A DNA stretch of 64,000 nucleotides from Candidatus Parcubacteria bacterium (GTDB taxonomy: Bacteria > Patescibacteriota > Minisyncoccia > Sungbacterales > SURF-37), in NCBI GenBank assembly GCA_003599755.1, contig QZJO01000001.1, positions 5,222 through 69,221 on the forward strand, written 5' to 3'. The stretch's first letter is position 1. Each line of letters opens with the position of its first letter. A program made the position numbers and the translations under genes. The notes beneath the pieces are model-generated. The model was not told the origin of the DNA and ran no database searches. It saw only the letters and a program-made list of their open reading frames with translations. Below are positions 26,171 through 36,718 of this stretch, piece by piece.

Positions 26171-27427
26171 ATGCGTCAATCGGAACTCTTCGGCAAAACG
26201 CTTCGGGAAGATCCCAAGGATGAAGTCGCCATCAACGCGCGTCTGTTATTGCGCGGCGGGTTTGTCTATAAAACCATGGCCGGCGCGTACGATTATTTGC
26301 CGCTCGGCCTCCGCGTGCTCGAAAACATCAATCGAGTGATCCGTGAAGAGATGAACGCGATCGGCGGGCAGGAGCTTTTGCTCACCGCGATCCAGCCCAA
26401 AGAGCGCTGGATGAGATCGAACCGCTGGGACACGCTTGCCGAGATCATGTACCAGTTCAAGGATCATTCCGGCCGAGACGTGGGCCTCGCGGCCACGCAC
26501 GAGGAGGCGATAGCCGAGATCGCCACTCAAACGATTCTTTCCTACAAAGATCTGCCGCTTGCCGTATACCAAATCCAGGCCAAGTACCGCGACGAACCGC
26601 GCGCCAAATCCGGCCTCATCCGCGGCCGCGAATTCTTGATGAAGGATTTGTATAGTTTCCACCGCACCGAGGAGGACCTGGACCGGTTTTATACGCAGGC
26701 GGACCAGGCCTACCGAAAAATCTTTACACGCCTAGGACTCGAATTTTTCGTGACCGAAGCATCGGGCGGCACGTTTACGAAACAATTCACCCACGAGTAT
26801 CAGGTGCTGTCGGAGGCGGGCGAGGATCATACGATCCATTGCCCGCAATGCCGCTATGCGCAGAACCAGGAAATCACGACTATGCGCATCGGTACCAAAT
26901 GCCCTCAGTGCGGCAAAGGAACGATCGCTGCGGCCAAATCCATCGAGATCGGAAACATTTTCAAACTCGGCACAAAATTTTCCCAGGCCTTCGGCCTCCG
27001 CTATGCGGATGAACGCGGTGAGCCGCAATTCGTTGTTATGGGTTCATACGGCATCGGGCCGGGCCGGCTCATGGGCACGCTCGTCGAGCTCTCACATGAC
27101 GAGCGGGGCATTATTTGGCCTGAAGCCGCGGCCCCGTTTCGGGTGCACCTCGTCGAGGTCAAAAGCGCTTTGCCGAAGGTCCGTATGGAAGCGGAAAAAC
27201 TGTATAAAACGCTCCTTGCCAAGGGCGTCGCGGTGCTTTACGATGACCGGGACGAACGAGCCGCCGGCGAGAAATTCGCCGATGCCGATCTGATCGGAAT
27301 TCCATGGCGCGTCGTCGTATCCGAACGTTCCTTGGCGAAAAAAGGATTCGAGGTGAAGCGGCGGACCGAAGCCCAAGGAACGGTGATGGGCGCGGATCGC
27401 TTTCTGAAACTACTCAAAGGGAAATAA
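26171..27427 (+). CDS. proS: Prolyl-tRNA synthetase, bacterial type without INS editing domain, with a Cys4 zinc-ribbon insertion
   Basis: Class II motifs, 'FTHEYQVLSEAGED'. 'CPQCRYAQNQEITTMRIGTKCPQCGKG' replaces the INS region. Confidence 0.9.
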   Translation: MRQSELFGKTLREDPKDEVAINARLLLRGGFVYKTMAGAYDYLPLGLRVLENINRVIREEMNAIGGQELLLTAIQPKERWMRSNRWDTLAEIMYQFKDHSGRDVGLAATHEEAIAEIATQTILSYKDLPLAVYQIQAKYRDEPRAKSGLIRGREFLMKDLYSFHRTEEDLDRFYTQADQAYRKIFTRLGLEFFVTEASGGTFTKQFTHEYQVLSEAGEDHTIHCPQCRYAQNQEITTMRIGTKCPQCGKGTIAAAKSIEIGNIFKLGTKFSQAFGLRYADERGEPQFVVMGSYGIGPGRLMGTLVELSHDERGIIWPEAAAPFRVHLVEVKSALPKVRMEAEKLYKTLLAKGVAVLYDDRDERAAGEKFADADLIGIPWRVVVSERSLAKKGFEVKRRTEAQGTVMGADRFLKLLKGK

Positions 27428-27501
27428 CACTGCCGAGCGCTTCTCGATCGCTCGGTTTCATCATCTCGGTGCCGCGCTGCAGGATGCGTGCGCGACTTTG
27501 T

Positions 27502-28575
27502 ATGCTGAACAGATTCTACGGACTTTTTTCTAAGGATATCGGCATCGACCTCGGCACGGCCAATTCATTGGTGTACGTGCGCGGCCGGGGCATTGTGATC
27601 AATGAACCGTCGGTTGTCGCGGTCAATCAAAAGACCGGCCAGATTGTCGCTATCGGCGCGGATGCCAAAAAAATGGTCGGCCGCACGCCGGGCTACATCA
27701 CCGCGATCCGGCCCCTCGTGGAAGGTATCATCTCGGACTTCGAAGTGACCGAGGAGATGCTCCGGTATTTTATTCAGAAGGTGCACGGCGCCAAGTTCAG
27801 CGCGTTTCCGCGGCCGCGCGTAGTCATCGGTATTCCCTCGGAGGTTACTGAAGTGGAGCGCCGCGCCGTGGAAGACGCGGCGAAAAATGCCGGCGCGCGG
27901 GAAGTGTTTTTGGTTGAGGAGCCCATGGCCGCGGCTATCGGCATCCGCCTGCCGATCCAGGACCCCGTCGGTTCGATGATCGTGGATGTCGGCGGCGGCA
28001 CGACCGACATCGCGGTCATCAGCTTGGGCGGCATCGTCGTTTCCAAGAATCTGCGCATCGCCGGCGACCGGCTGAGCGAAGATATCATCCGCTTCGCGCG
28101 CGATGAATACAAGCTTCTGCTCGGGGAGCGCACGGCCGAGGATTTGAAAATCGCAATCGGGTCGGCGATCGAGCTTGAAGATCCGCTCGAGGCCACGATG
28201 CGCGGTCGCGATCTCATTACCGGCTTGCCCAAGGAGGTGGTCGTAGATGACGCCGAAATCCGGCGCGCCATGAGCCATTCCGTGCGCCAGCTCGTTGCCG
28301 CGACCAAGGGCGCGATCGAAGCGACGCCGCCGGAGTTGGTGGCCGACATTATGCACCGCGGTATTGCGCTCGTCGGCGGCGGGGCGCTCTTGCGCGGCTT
28401 GGATCAGCTCTTGGCCGAAGAGACAAGCATTCCCGTCGAGCTTGCCGAGGATCCGCTGACCGCGGTCGTACGGGGGACGGGCATTATTTTGGAAAATATC
28501 GATGGCCTGGCAGACGTGCTGACCTCGTCAGCCATCGTCGGCCGCGTGCCCAACGCCCAGCGGCGTCTGGCATAA
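27502..28575 (+). CDS. mreB: Rod-shape determining actin homolog MreB
   Basis: 'KDIGIDLGTANSLVYV', 'DVGGGTTDIAVISLGG'. The track ORF has a spurious 5' extension from 27304; the start is set at MLNRFYG. Confidence 0.85.
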   Translation: MLNRFYGLFSKDIGIDLGTANSLVYVRGRGIVINEPSVVAVNQKTGQIVAIGADAKKMVGRTPGYITAIRPLVEGIISDFEVTEEMLRYFIQKVHGAKFSAFPRPRVVIGIPSEVTEVERRAVEDAAKNAGAREVFLVEEPMAAAIGIRLPIQDPVGSMIVDVGGGTTDIAVISLGGIVVSKNLRIAGDRLSEDIIRFARDEYKLLLGERTAEDLKIAIGSAIELEDPLEATMRGRDLITGLPKEVVVDDAEIRRAMSHSVRQLVAATKGAIEATPPELVADIMHRGIALVGGGALLRGLDQLLAEETSIPVELAEDPLTAVVRGTGIILENIDGLADVLTSSAIVGRVPNAQRRLA

Positions 28576-28603
28576 TCGCCGGAGAAACATTCCGGCCGCC
28601 TCG

Positions 28604-29446
28604 GTGCATCAGTCAGTTGCCGTCCCGTATCGCAGCTTTCACCAGGCCATTATCCTACCGGGCATGCGCTCACCGCCGCTTGCGTTCAGAATCATCGGAC
28701 TCTCGCTGCTCGTCGCGTTGTTCATATACGCGGCGGCCGGCCGGTTTGCCGAGTCGGGGCGCGCCTGGATGGTTGATGCCGCCGCGCCGGCCATTGCCGG
28801 TCTGGATCGCGCGGCAACCGCACTCGGCGGATGGGTGGGCGGCTCGGCCGCAGAGCGTATTCAAGGATTGGAACGCGAACGTACGGCCCTGCTTGCCGAG
28901 ATCGCGCACCGCGATGCGCTGGCGCAGGAAAACGTCGTGTTGCGGGAAATAATCGCCCTTCGAAGCGAAGGCGAGGAAGGCGCGGTACCGGCGCACGTGA
29001 TCGGGTTTCTTCGCGATGGGCGGGAAGAATTCATTCTGCTGGATCGCGGTACGGCCGATGGCATCGGCATCGGGGATCTGGTCATCGGCGCGAATCGAGC
29101 GCTCGGCGGATCAGTCGAGGCGGTAACGGCGCATACCGCGCGGGTGCTCTTGTTGACCGCAGCGTCCCGCGCGACCGAGGTGCTATTGGGCGGCGACGGA
29201 TTGCCGGCCGTGGCCCGCGGAAATAACAGCCGGGAGCTCACGATTGATCTTGTTCCGCAGGAGGCGCTCGTGCGCGTCGGCGATCTGATAACCGCATCCA
29301 CGCGCGCCACCGGCGGTCGCCCGGGGATTTTGGTCGGCCAAGTACGAGAGGTCCGGCCGTCGGAGCACGAGATTTTCAAGATCGTGCGCGCAGCTCATTT
29401 GTTTGATCCGGCCGGGGAGTATGTCATCGTGCTGTTAGCCCGCTAA
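28604..29446 (+). CDS. mreC: Rod-shape determining protein MreC
   Basis: N-terminal TM, coiled coil, C-terminal beta-domain. Position after mreB. The start may be the internal M at about 28664. Confidence 0.7.
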   Translation: MHQSVAVPYRSFHQAIILPGMRSPPLAFRIIGLSLLVALFIYAAAGRFAESGRAWMVDAAAPAIAGLDRAATALGGWVGGSAAERIQGLERERTALLAEIAHRDALAQENVVLREIIALRSEGEEGAVPAHVIGFLRDGREEFILLDRGTADGIGIGDLVIGANRALGGSVEAVTAHTARVLLLTAASRATEVLLGGDGLPAVARGNNSRELTIDLVPQEALVRVGDLITASTRATGGRPGILVGQVREVRPSEHEIFKIVRAAHLFDPAGEYVIVLLAR

Positions 29447-29450
29447 TACT

Positions 29451-29966
29451 ATGCGCGTCGTATTGTGGCTCTTGGGGTATATCGCCACGCTCGGCATCGA
29501 GATCGCCGTGCTGCCGGCAGAAGGGATCTTGGCCGTGCTGCCGCTCGCCCATCTTCTCCTGGTGACCGCGATCGCCTTCGAGCGTACCGGGCGGGCGTTT
29601 TGGATCGCCGCATGCGCCGGGATTATCCGGGACAGCATTGCGCTCGGGGCGAGCGGTTCGCATGCGATTGTATTTTTAGCGCAGGTTGCCATTATCGCGG
29701 GCGTGCGCGCGCTGGCGGACTGGGATGAGCCGCTGCGCACCATTATGGCCCTCGCCATCGGCCTTGCGGCCACACCGCTTGCGGCTTTGGTATCGTTCGG
29801 GATTACACCGATCGTCAGCGGCGAATCCGTCGTCGGACCGTGGTACGCGTTTCCGGTGGCGCCGAGCGCTTCGGCGTTCGCGAGTGCGGGGGCATGGGTC
29901 GGAGCGCTTGCATTTCTTATGATCCGGGGTTTTTTCCGGCGCACGTCGGATTCATTCATTCGTTGA
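29451..29966 (+). CDS. mreD: Rod-shape determining protein MreD
   Basis: 171-aa polytopic membrane protein directly after mreC. Confidence 0.6.
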   Translation: MRVVLWLLGYIATLGIEIAVLPAEGILAVLPLAHLLLVTAIAFERTGRAFWIAACAGIIRDSIALGASGSHAIVFLAQVAIIAGVRALADWDEPLRTIMALAIGLAATPLAALVSFGITPIVSGESVVGPWYAFPVAPSASAFASAGAWVGALAFLMIRGFFRRTSDSFIR

Positions 29967-29970
29967 AGTT

Positions 29971-31953
29971 ATGGCATTGCCGTTTTTCAAGCGATTATTC
30001 GTGCGGCGGGTTCGGACCGAAATCGATCCGGAAGAGATTTTTTTGGACGCGGCCAATGCCCCGGGATTCCGTCGCGAGCAGCACGAAGGGCGTATCGAAC
30101 GGCCCATCAGCTATAGCGCGTTCACGGCCTTTGCCGCCATCGCGGCGTTGGGCATATTGGTAATCGCGGGCCGACTCGCTCAGCTGCAGCTCTGGGAAGG
30201 GAATCTGTTCGCGGAACAGGCACGGGCCAACAAGACCTACCCCATCACCATTCAGGCCCCGCGCGGCATTTTTTACGACCGTAATTTTGAAAAGCTCGTG
30301 GAGAATCGGCCGAGTTTCGTCATATCACTCACGCCCGGCGAATTGCCCGATGACGCGTCGTTCCGGGAAGTTCTTGGGCGCTTGAGTGGACTTGCCGGAA
30401 AATCGATTCCTGAAATCGCGGCAGCAAATGACATAGACGCGGCGGATGATCTTCTGCGGGCCGGCGAGCGAGCGGCATGGCCGACCGAAGTATTCATCGC
30501 CGCCGATGATCTGCGCGATGCGGTATTGGAAATTCAGACGCGGCCCGAAGAATTTCCGGGCGTGCGCGTTGCCGAGGCGGGCCAGCGCTATTATCCGCTC
30601 GCCGAAGCCGTCGCTCATGTGGTGGGCTATGTCGGCAGGCCGACGCGCGAAGAGCTGGCGGCGTTTCCGCGCGTCGGTCCGGCCGATATTCTCGGGAAAA
30701 TCGGCCTCGAGCGGCAGTACGAAGAAACGCTCCGGGGAACGGCAGGCGAAAAATTGATTGAGATCGATGCCGCGGGCGAGGCGCAGCGCGAACGCTTCAT
30801 CGTCAAACCGAATCCCGGTCGAGACGTGGTATTGGAGCTGGACGCCGGCCTGCAGGAATTCGCGGCGCGCGCACTTTCGCGGCATCTGGCCGCGGTCGGT
30901 AAACAGGCGGGTGCCATTGTGGCGGTGGATCCGCGCGACGGCGCGATTCGGGCGCTCGTCAGTTATCCGGCGTTCGATCCGAATATCTTCGGCCGCTCGC
31001 AGAATCGCGCGCTGATCGCCAAGCTTCTCGCCGATCCGACGTATCCGTTTTATAACCGAGCGATCGCCGGGGAATATCCGTCGGGCTCCACGATTAAGCC
31101 CATCATGGCGCTGGCTGCACTGGAGGAAGGAATCATTGATCCCGAATATTCGATATACGATCCGGGATATCTGTCCGTGCCCAATCCCTATGATCCGTCG
31201 CGACCCTCCATTTTCAAGGATTGGCGGGAACTCGGCTGGGTGGATATGCGCCGGGCGATCGCGATGTCCGCGAACGTGTATTTCTATACCATCGGCGGCG
31301 GCCACGGCGACATCGAAGGCCTTGGCATCGCGCGCATCAAACAGTATCTCGAACGGTTCGGATGGGGCAGTACCCTCGGCATTGATTTGGCCGGCGAGGC
31401 CGCAGGACTGATTCCTGATCCGGAAAAGAAAAAAGCGATCCGGCCGCAGGATCCAATCTGGCGCCTCGGCGATACCTATATCACATCCATCGGCCAGGGC
31501 GATCTTCAGGCAACGCCCTTGCAGCTTGCGGTATCCACGGCGGCGATCGCCAACGGTGGGACGCTCTGGCGGCCGCGCCTCGCGCATGCGGTCGTGGACG
31601 AGGAGCGGCGCGTGCTGCGGGAGTTCGAGGCCGAAGCGATTCGCACGGACTTGGTCAGCCAGCGGTCGCTCGATATCGTGCGCGATGGCATGCGCGAGGC
31701 GGTAACGTCCGGATCGGCCGTCGCGTTGAACGACTTGTTCTTCACGAGCGCGGGCAAGACCGGCACCGCGCAGACGGGCGCGATCGGCAAGAATCATGGC
31801 TGGTTTATCGGCTATGCGCCCTACGAGAGTCCCGAGATCGCGATTGCGGTGCTGGTTGAAGAGGGCTCGGGCGGCTCGACCGACGCGGTACCGATCGCGA
31901 AGGAAATTTTGTACCACTATTTCGTATCGCAGCGGGATGGGGAAAGCCCGTAG
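29971..31953 (+). CDS. mrdA: Penicillin-binding protein 2 (elongasome transpeptidase)
   Basis: PBP dimerisation domain plus transpeptidase 'STIKP', 'SAN/SxN', 'KTGTAQ'. Position in mreBCD-mrdA. Confidence 0.85.
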   Translation: MALPFFKRLFVRRVRTEIDPEEIFLDAANAPGFRREQHEGRIERPISYSAFTAFAAIAALGILVIAGRLAQLQLWEGNLFAEQARANKTYPITIQAPRGIFYDRNFEKLVENRPSFVISLTPGELPDDASFREVLGRLSGLAGKSIPEIAAANDIDAADDLLRAGERAAWPTEVFIAADDLRDAVLEIQTRPEEFPGVRVAEAGQRYYPLAEAVAHVVGYVGRPTREELAAFPRVGPADILGKIGLERQYEETLRGTAGEKLIEIDAAGEAQRERFIVKPNPGRDVVLELDAGLQEFAARALSRHLAAVGKQAGAIVAVDPRDGAIRALVSYPAFDPNIFGRSQNRALIAKLLADPTYPFYNRAIAGEYPSGSTIKPIMALAALEEGIIDPEYSIYDPGYLSVPNPYDPSRPSIFKDWRELGWVDMRRAIAMSANVYFYTIGGGHGDIEGLGIARIKQYLERFGWGSTLGIDLAGEAAGLIPDPEKKKAIRPQDPIWRLGDTYITSIGQGDLQATPLQLAVSTAAIANGGTLWRPRLAHAVVDEERRVLREFEAEAIRTDLVSQRSLDIVRDGMREAVTSGSAVALNDLFFTSAGKTGTAQTGAIGKNHGWFIGYAPYESPEIAIAVLVEEGSGGSTDAVPIAKEILYHYFVSQRDGESP

Positions 31954-32132
31954 CGGAAAGCACGGTGAGCGGTCCGCTTTCGAAGGCGAGCGGGCGGGGT
32001 CTTGGCTGCAGCAGGAATGGGGTTTCTCAACATGTTCGGTTTGACAGCAGCGGATTGGCCGCTATAATCCCAGGCAGAGCGCTGCGGCCGGGAGCCGCAG
32101 CACATAATTTCTCCAGATCGATATTACGAACC

Positions 32133-32588
32133 ATGGCTGAATACATCAGCGCCGAAGGCCTCGAAAAACTGAAGCGGGAGCTTGAGCAATTGAAGACGGT
32201 CGAGCGCCGGGCGATTGCCGAGCGGCTGGAGGCCGCCAAGGCCCTGGGCGATCTTTCCGAGAACGCGGAGTATCAGGAAGCAAAAGAAGCGCAGTCGCTG
32301 GTCGAGGGAAAGATCCAGGAGCTCGAAGAAATGCTCCGGGACATTGTGGTCATCCAGAAACCGACCAATGCCACGAACGTCCAAATCGGATCGACGATTG
32401 AGGTTGAATCGCGCCACGGTAAGGAAACATTTACCATTGTCGGGTCCGAAGAAGCTGACCCGCTGCAAGGACGGATTTCGAACGAATCGCCGATGGGCCA
32501 GGCGTTTTTGGGCAAAAATGTCGGCGACCAGCAGCAAATCAAAACGCCCGGCGGCCTCGAAACCTATACTATTCTCAAGATCATGTAA
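32133..32588 (+). CDS. greA: Transcription elongation factor GreA
   Basis: 'LSENAEYQEAKEAQ', C-terminal FKBP-like domain. The track ORF is extended 5' from 31965 (GTG); the real ATG is at 32133. Confidence 0.85.
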   Translation: MAEYISAEGLEKLKRELEQLKTVERRAIAERLEAAKALGDLSENAEYQEAKEAQSLVEGKIQELEEMLRDIVVIQKPTNATNVQIGSTIEVESRHGKETFTIVGSEEADPLQGRISNESPMGQAFLGKNVGDQQQIKTPGGLETYTILKIM

Positions 32589-32654
32589 CGGCGGTCCGAT
32601 GGCTATCGGACCGTTTTCGGCTGAATGCACGGAATTGTATAATCGCGGCATATG

Positions 32655-32731
32655 CCCCGTTAGAACTTTCCGCTGACAGGGCGAATAAGACCGCGTTTTA
32701 TCCGTATTTGTCCAGGGGGATTTTTAACGGG
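32655..32731. repeat. Weak copy of the CCCGTTAGA / TAACGGG inverted-repeat element, 3' arm abutting the lysS ATG
   Basis: CCCCGTTAGAAC ... TTTTTAACGGG-T-ATG (lysS start 32733). Confidence 0.3.
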
Positions 32732-32732
32732 T

Positions 32733-34202
32733 ATGGCTCTCGAAGATATTCGCCGCGAACGGCTAGAAAAGCTTTCTCGGTACGAAGCAGGCGGCAATGA
32801 CGCCTACCCGGCAACGGTGCGGCGGACGATTTCCATTGGCGATCTTCGGAAAAAATTCGCCGCGCTCGCCAAATCCAAGAAGCGCGTGGCGGTAGTCGGT
32901 CGCATCCGGGCGCTGCGATCCCACGGCGGGGCGACATTCGGCGATCTGGAGGACGGTTCCGGCAAAATCCAATTGTATTGGAGCAAGGATGAGCTCGGCG
33001 GTGCCTACGAAAAATTTCTCGATGTCTTAGACATCGGCGATTTTGTCGAGGCGACCGGCGCGCCGTTCGCGACCAAGCGCGGCGAGCAGTCGGTGCGCGT
33101 GAGCGCGGCGCGCATTGTTGCGAAGTCCCTGTTGCCTCTGCCGGAAAAATGGCACGGCTTGAAAGACGTGGAAGAGCGGTTCCGCACGCGGGAGTTGGAT
33201 TTGGTAATGAACGAGGAAATTCGAGAGCGATTTCGCATGCGCTCGCGCATCATTCGAGCGTTGCGCGCGTTTTTAGACAAAGAAGGATTCCTCGAAGTGG
33301 AGACGCCGCTTTTGCAGCCGATCGCCGGCGGCGCGATCGCGCGTCCATTCGTAACGCATCACAACGCGCTGGACAGCGATTTGTATTTGCGCGTCGCGCC
33401 GGAGCTTTATTTGAAGCGGCTCTTGGTCGGCGGATACGAGCGCGTGTATGAGCTGGGGAAGAGCTTTCGGAACGAGGGGATTGATGCGACGCACAACCCC
33501 GAATTTACGAGTTTGGAGTGGTATGCCGCGTATTGGGATGAAGAACAGATGATGGATTCGGTCGAACACTTGATGCACGAACTTCTGAAGGCGCTTGATA
33601 AAAAGGGCCGCATCGTATTCGACGGCAAAGAGATCGAATTTGAAACGGAATTCCCGCGGATTGAATTCCGCGAACTCCTGAAGCGGCACGCCCTCATCAT
33701 GGATTACGACGCCGAGACGCGCGACTCGCTTGCCCAGCGCGCACGGCAGTTCGGCATCGATCCGGGGCCGTATGAATCGAAAGGAAAGATCGCTGATGAA
33801 ATTTACAAGAAGGTTTGCCGGCCCAAGGTGCAGAATGCCACGTTCATCACGCATCACCCCCTCGATATTTCGCCTCTTGCGAAGAAAGCGCCGGACCAGG
33901 CCGACGCCGTCCGCCGTTTTCAGCTCATTGCCGGCGGCCTGGAAATCGTCAATGCGTTTGCCGAGCTTAACGATCCGCGCGACCAGCGGGAACGGTTCGA
34001 GGCGCAAGCGGACCATCGCGGCCGGGGGGACGACGAAGCGCATCCCTTTGACGCAGCCTTCGTGGAAGCGCTTGAATACGGGATGCCGCCGGCTGCCGGG
34101 GCGGGCATCGGCGTGGACCGCCTCGTTATGCTATTTGCGGATGTCCGGAATATTCGGGAAGTGGTCCTATTCCCGACGCTCCGGCCCCGCGAATCCCGTT
34201 AG
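32733..34202 (+). CDS. lysS: Lysyl-tRNA synthetase, class II
   Basis: OB anticodon domain plus class II core ('FLEVETPLLQ', 'ELGKSFRNEG', 'GIGVDRLVML'). Confidence 0.9.
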   Translation: MALEDIRRERLEKLSRYEAGGNDAYPATVRRTISIGDLRKKFAALAKSKKRVAVVGRIRALRSHGGATFGDLEDGSGKIQLYWSKDELGGAYEKFLDVLDIGDFVEATGAPFATKRGEQSVRVSAARIVAKSLLPLPEKWHGLKDVEERFRTRELDLVMNEEIRERFRMRSRIIRALRAFLDKEGFLEVETPLLQPIAGGAIARPFVTHHNALDSDLYLRVAPELYLKRLLVGGYERVYELGKSFRNEGIDATHNPEFTSLEWYAAYWDEEQMMDSVEHLMHELLKALDKKGRIVFDGKEIEFETEFPRIEFRELLKRHALIMDYDAETRDSLAQRARQFGIDPGPYESKGKIADEIYKKVCRPKVQNATFITHHPLDISPLAKKAPDQADAVRRFQLIAGGLEIVNAFAELNDPRDQRERFEAQADHRGRGDDEAHPFDAAFVEALEYGMPPAAGAGIGVDRLVMLFADVRNIREVVLFPTLRPRESR

Positions 34203-34207
34203 CCCAT

Positions 34208-35536
34208 ATGCTTGATCCGAAATTCATCCGCGAACATCCCGATCGCGTGCGCGCCGGCCTCAAGGCCAAAGGCGTCGAGTTCGACGTAGACGCGTTTCTG
34301 AAACTCGACGAACGCCGCCGCGCGAAAATCGGGGAGGTGGATCAATTGCGCGCGAAACAGAATACGGCGTCGGACGCCATCGCTACACTCGCGCCCGCTG
34401 AGCGCGAGACAACACTCGGCCAAATGCGCGATCTCAAAACCAACCTCACCAAACTAGAAGACGAACTCAAAACGATCGAAGCCGAATACGATGAGCGCAT
34501 CCGCCAGATTCCGAATCTGCCGCTCGATGACGTGCCGCACGGCAAGGATGACCGCGATAACGTGGTGCTTCGAGAAGTAGGCGAGCGGCCGGTGTTCTCG
34601 TTTCCGGTGCGCGATAATATCGAGCTCGGGGAAGAGCTCGATATTATCGATACCGCTCGCGCGGCAAAGATTTCGGGCTCGCGTTTCGGCTATCTCAAGC
34701 GCGAGGCCGCGCTCTTGGAATTCGCGCTCGTGCAGTATGCGTTCTCCGTACTAACGAACCGCGCCGCGATCGCAGATATTCTCAAGGAGGAAGGGCTGGA
34801 TCTTTCCGATGAACCCTTTGTGCCCGTCGTGCCGCCGGTTATGGTACGGCCTGAGGTCATGCGCGCCATGGGGTACATGGAACGGGGCGGCGATGAAATT
34901 TACCGGGTTGCCGATGATGATCTTTTGCTTGTCGGCACGTCGGAACAATCTATCGGGCCGATGCATATGAACGAAATGCTTGCCGAAGAGTCCCTGCCGC
35001 GCCGCTACGTCGGCTTCTCGACCTGCTTTCGCCGCGAGGCCGGATCGTACGGTAAAGATACGCGGGGGATTTTGCGCGTGCACCAGTTCGATAAAGTCGA
35101 GATGTTTTCGTTCACGCTGCCGGAATCATCCCGCGCGGAACACCGACTGTTCCTCGCCCTGGAAGAGCGGTTTTTCCGCGGGCTTGGCATTCCGTACCGC
35201 GTACTCAACATCTGCGCCGGGGACCTCGGGGACTCGGCTGCGGCAAAATTCGACATCGAAGCGTGGCTGCCCGGCGAAAACGCCAAGCAAGGCCAGTACC
35301 GCGAGGTAACTTCAACGTCGAACACGACCGATTTCCAGTCGCGCCGGCTCAACGTCAAAGTTCGGCGCGCCAACAATCAGGCCGAGCATCCGCATCTCGT
35401 CAACGGCACGGCATTTGCCATCGGCCGGACGCTGATCGCGATTCTCGAAAACTATCAGCGGGAAGACGGCTCAGTGGAGATCCCTGAAGTACTGCAGTCG
35501 TTTTTGCCGGGCATCACTGAAATCCGGCGGACATGA
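34208..35536 (+). CDS. serS: Seryl-tRNA synthetase
   Basis: N-terminal coiled coil, class II motifs 'FRREAGSYGKDTRGILRVHQF', 'GTAFAIGRTLIAILEN'. Confidence 0.9.
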   Translation: MLDPKFIREHPDRVRAGLKAKGVEFDVDAFLKLDERRRAKIGEVDQLRAKQNTASDAIATLAPAERETTLGQMRDLKTNLTKLEDELKTIEAEYDERIRQIPNLPLDDVPHGKDDRDNVVLREVGERPVFSFPVRDNIELGEELDIIDTARAAKISGSRFGYLKREAALLEFALVQYAFSVLTNRAAIADILKEEGLDLSDEPFVPVVPPVMVRPEVMRAMGYMERGGDEIYRVADDDLLLVGTSEQSIGPMHMNEMLAEESLPRRYVGFSTCFRREAGSYGKDTRGILRVHQFDKVEMFSFTLPESSRAEHRLFLALEERFFRGLGIPYRVLNICAGDLGDSAAAKFDIEAWLPGENAKQGQYREVTSTSNTTDFQSRRLNVKVRRANNQAEHPHLVNGTAFAIGRTLIAILENYQREDGSVEIPEVLQSFLPGITEIRRT

Positions 35537-36642
35537 CCAAATCGTTCGATGAGCTGGACGTGCGTACCTGGATCCAGATCGATCGCCGGTCTCTCTTTTT
35601 CAACCTGCGGCAATTCACAAAACGGGCGCGGCCGGCCACGATCATGGCCGTGATCAAATCCAACGCCTACGGCCACGGGCTTTCGCTGGTGGCGGGTCTC
35701 TTGGCCAAAGAAAATCCGAAGCGATGGCTCGGCGTGGATTCGATCACCGAAGCGCTGCGGTTGCGGCGTGACGGGATCAAAAATCCGATTCTCGTGCTCG
35801 GCTATACGCTGCCCGGACGATATGCCGAGGCCGCGCGCCGCGACATTACGCTGGCGGTCTCGCACTTCGAGGCCTTGCGGGCGCTTGCGCGCGCGCGTCC
35901 GCGGCCGGCATTCCATCTGAAAATCGATACCGGGATGCACCGCCACGGCTTTTCCGAGGATCAACTGCCCGGGCTCATCGCCCGGTTGAAGCGGGCGGAG
36001 CTGAAACCAAGCGGCGTTTTTTCGCATTTAGCCGCAGCGGGGAACCGCGCTTATTCAAAACGGCAGATGCGCGCGTTCGATCATGCGGTCGCGGCATTGC
36101 ACAGAGCCGGCATCAGACCGGGGCTCGTGCATTTTAATAAGACCGAAGGAATCCTGAACTATCCGCGGCCGCATGACGGGCTTGCACGCCTCGGCCTCGG
36201 CCTGTACGGCTATCTTCCCGAAGGAAACCAGAGGCGCGTGCCGCTCCGTCCGGCGTTGTCCTGGAAGACCATTGTCGCTGAGGTGAAGCGCGTCCAGGCC
36301 GGCGAATCGGTCGGCTATGACCTGACATACCGGTTTTCGCGAGACGCCACGATTGCGGTGCTGCCTGTCGGCTATTGGCACGGGTATGACCGCGGGCTTT
36401 CTAACAAAAGTTCGGTCCTGATCCGCGGCCGAAAAGCGCCGGTGCGCGGCCGCGTGTGCATGGATATCATGATGGTGGATATAACCGGCATTCCGAGCGT
36501 GCGCGTGGGCGACGAGGCGGTGTTGATTGGCGCACAGGGAAAGCGCCGCATCGGCGCGGATGAGTTGGCCACGCGCATCGGAACGAGCGTGCACGAGATC
36601 TTGCCGCGCATCAATCCGCTGATGCGCCGGGTAGCCATCTGA
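35533..36642 (+). CDS. alr: Alanine racemase
   Basis: 'AVIKSNAYGHG' PLP-Lys motif. Overlaps the serS stop. Confidence 0.85.
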   Translation: MTKSFDELDVRTWIQIDRRSLFFNLRQFTKRARPATIMAVIKSNAYGHGLSLVAGLLAKENPKRWLGVDSITEALRLRRDGIKNPILVLGYTLPGRYAEAARRDITLAVSHFEALRALARARPRPAFHLKIDTGMHRHGFSEDQLPGLIARLKRAELKPSGVFSHLAAAGNRAYSKRQMRAFDHAVAALHRAGIRPGLVHFNKTEGILNYPRPHDGLARLGLGLYGYLPEGNQRRVPLRPALSWKTIVAEVKRVQAGESVGYDLTYRFSRDATIAVLPVGYWHGYDRGLSNKSSVLIRGRKAPVRGRVCMDIMMVDITGIPSVRVGDEAVLIGAQGKRRIGADELATRIGTSVHEILPRINPLMRRVAI

Positions 36643-36718
36643 CGGGATTGCCGCGCCAGGAGCGCCGCGTGGTGCCAAGCCAGTACCATCCATTCGGTGC
36701 GCCCGGTACAATGGAGCC

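Noticed and set aside
33273-34043. 256-aa minus-strand ORF inside lysS
   Set aside because: Antisense to a canonical class II LysRS.
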